From Candidatus Thorarchaeota archaeon (GTDB taxonomy: Archaea > Asgardarchaeota > Thorarchaeia > Thorarchaeales > Thorarchaeaceae): DNA of 64,000 nt. Every line of letters starts with the position of its first letter. The stretch's first letter is position 1. Location of the stretch: NCBI GenBank assembly GCA_963726195.1, contig CAVSBO010000003.1:288001-352000 (forward strand). The letters run 5' to 3'. Below, piece after piece: positions 63,168-64,000 of the stretch. Position numbers and translations under genes: made by a program. The notes under the pieces were generated by a model, which searched no databases, was not told where the DNA came from, and saw only the letters and a list, made by a program, of their open reading frames with translations.

Positions 63168-64000
63168 ATGAGTGGGATAGATGAACAGAAAGCGAACACA
63201 GCTTTGATGAAAGCATCTAGTAATGCCGAAGAAGTGGTTACACCAGAGGAACTCAAGACAGTTCTGCAGAAGCCAACATTCAACTTCTATTATGGTACTG
63301 CTCCCTCTGGACCATTCCATTTCGCGTATATGATTCCCCTTAACAAATGCATTGACCTTGCTAACCTCGGGGGGAAGGGCACGATGCTGCTCGCCGACTA
63401 TCACGCTCATCTGGACGATCAGAAGACGTCTTTCGAGCAGATGGATATCAGGTCGAAGTACTATGAAGAAGCGATGAAGGGTGTGCTCGGTCCTTTCGCG
63501 AAGAAGTTCAAGTTCGTCAGAGGGTCCAGCTACCAGACAAAGCAGGAATACGTTGAGGACATCTTCAGACTGTCGGCCAAGATAACGACGACCAGGGCAA
63601 CGCGTGCCGCAAGCGAAGTTGTCAGAATGAAGGACGAACCAAAGGTTTCCGAGCTACTCTACCCTGTCATGCAGATTCTCGATGTCAAGTACCTCGAAGC
63701 CGACATAAGTGTGGGCGGCCGGGATCAGAGGAACATCTACATGCTTGGGCGTGAGTACTTGGAGGACTTAGGCTTCCAGAAAGGAGTCTACATCTTCATG
63801 CCTTTGCTCCCCTCGCTGAAAGGCGGCGGCTCTAAGATGTCAGCCAGCGACCCACTGTCACACATCAGGGTCACCGACAGTCCCGAGAGAATCAAGGTCA
63901 CGATGTCAAAGGCATACTGCCCTGCGGGTGTGCTGGAACAGAATGCAGTGACCTCGACAGTGTCTCTGATCATCCTCCCGAGATACGGTAAGTTCCTGAT
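63168..64000 (+). CDS. tyrS: Tyrosyl-tRNA synthetase, archaeal/eukaryotic type (runs off the window end)
   Basis: Manual translation: YYGTAPSGPFHFAY, LADYHAHLD, LYPVMQILD, GGRDQR, KMSAS, KAYCP. Confidence 0.93.
   Translation, partial: MSGIDEQKANTALMKASSNAEEVVTPEELKTVLQKPTFNFYYGTAPSGPFHFAYMIPLNKCIDLANLGGKGTMLLADYHAHLDDQKTSFEQMDIRSKYYEEAMKGVLGPFAKKFKFVRGSSYQTKQEYVEDIFRLSAKITTTRATRAASEVVRMKDEPKVSELLYPVMQILDVKYLEADISVGGRDQRNIYMLGREYLEDLGFQKGVYIFMPLLPSLKGGGSKMSASDPLSHIRVTDSPERIKVTMSKAYCPAGVLEQNAVTSTVSLIILPRYGKFL

Noticed and set aside
362-63973. Numerous short antisense or overlapping ORFs in the track
   Set aside because: They are shadows of well-supported genes with no motifs or RBS; a few are frameshifted pieces already merged into features.
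1-64000. tRNA, rRNA, integrase or transposase genes
   Set aside because: No cloverleaf, rRNA-like tract or recombinase motif was recognised by eye. A tRNAscan-SE/Infernal run would be needed to exclude intron-containing tRNAs.

Overview
Archaeal chromosomal window, about 50% GC by eye. It is most consistent with an Asgard archaeon, probably Thorarchaeota-like; this is inferred from Rab-like small GTPase genes, an archaeal/eukaryotic-type TyrRS, TATA-box promoters and GGTGA/GGAGG ribosome-binding sites. Content is mostly housekeeping and transport: P-type ATPase, three MFS transporters, TldD/TldE, ThrRS, a Dpp/Opp ABC operon, a DUF4139 pair, M20 peptidase, GAPDH, PPDK, an MNT-HEPN toxin-antitoxin pair, PPP phosphatase and TyrRS. 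More than 20 single-base frameshifts split otherwise intact genes and are probably long-read errors. The strongest unexplained structure is at 49028-50032. There an NAD(P)H-binding oxidoreductase gene has its central 70 codons flipped between two inverted copies of a ~185-bp element; both copies sit in an ACCCT target with a duplicated CC core, carry paired TTGGACA subterminal motifs and have an internal TATA-like box (IS607-like miniature element, possibly a guide-RNA cassette). Other candidates: a DUF362-UbiA-PHP-flippase cluster for a putative lipid-linked pentose donor, a PIN/pseudo-GTPase/phosphatase gene run, a structured intercistronic RNA in the ABC operon, and a cassette duplication carrying a decayed, synonymously diverged copy of the M20 peptidase 3' end. 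No rRNA, tRNA or CRISPR array was seen. All family assignments come from motif recognition by eye; no database search was run.
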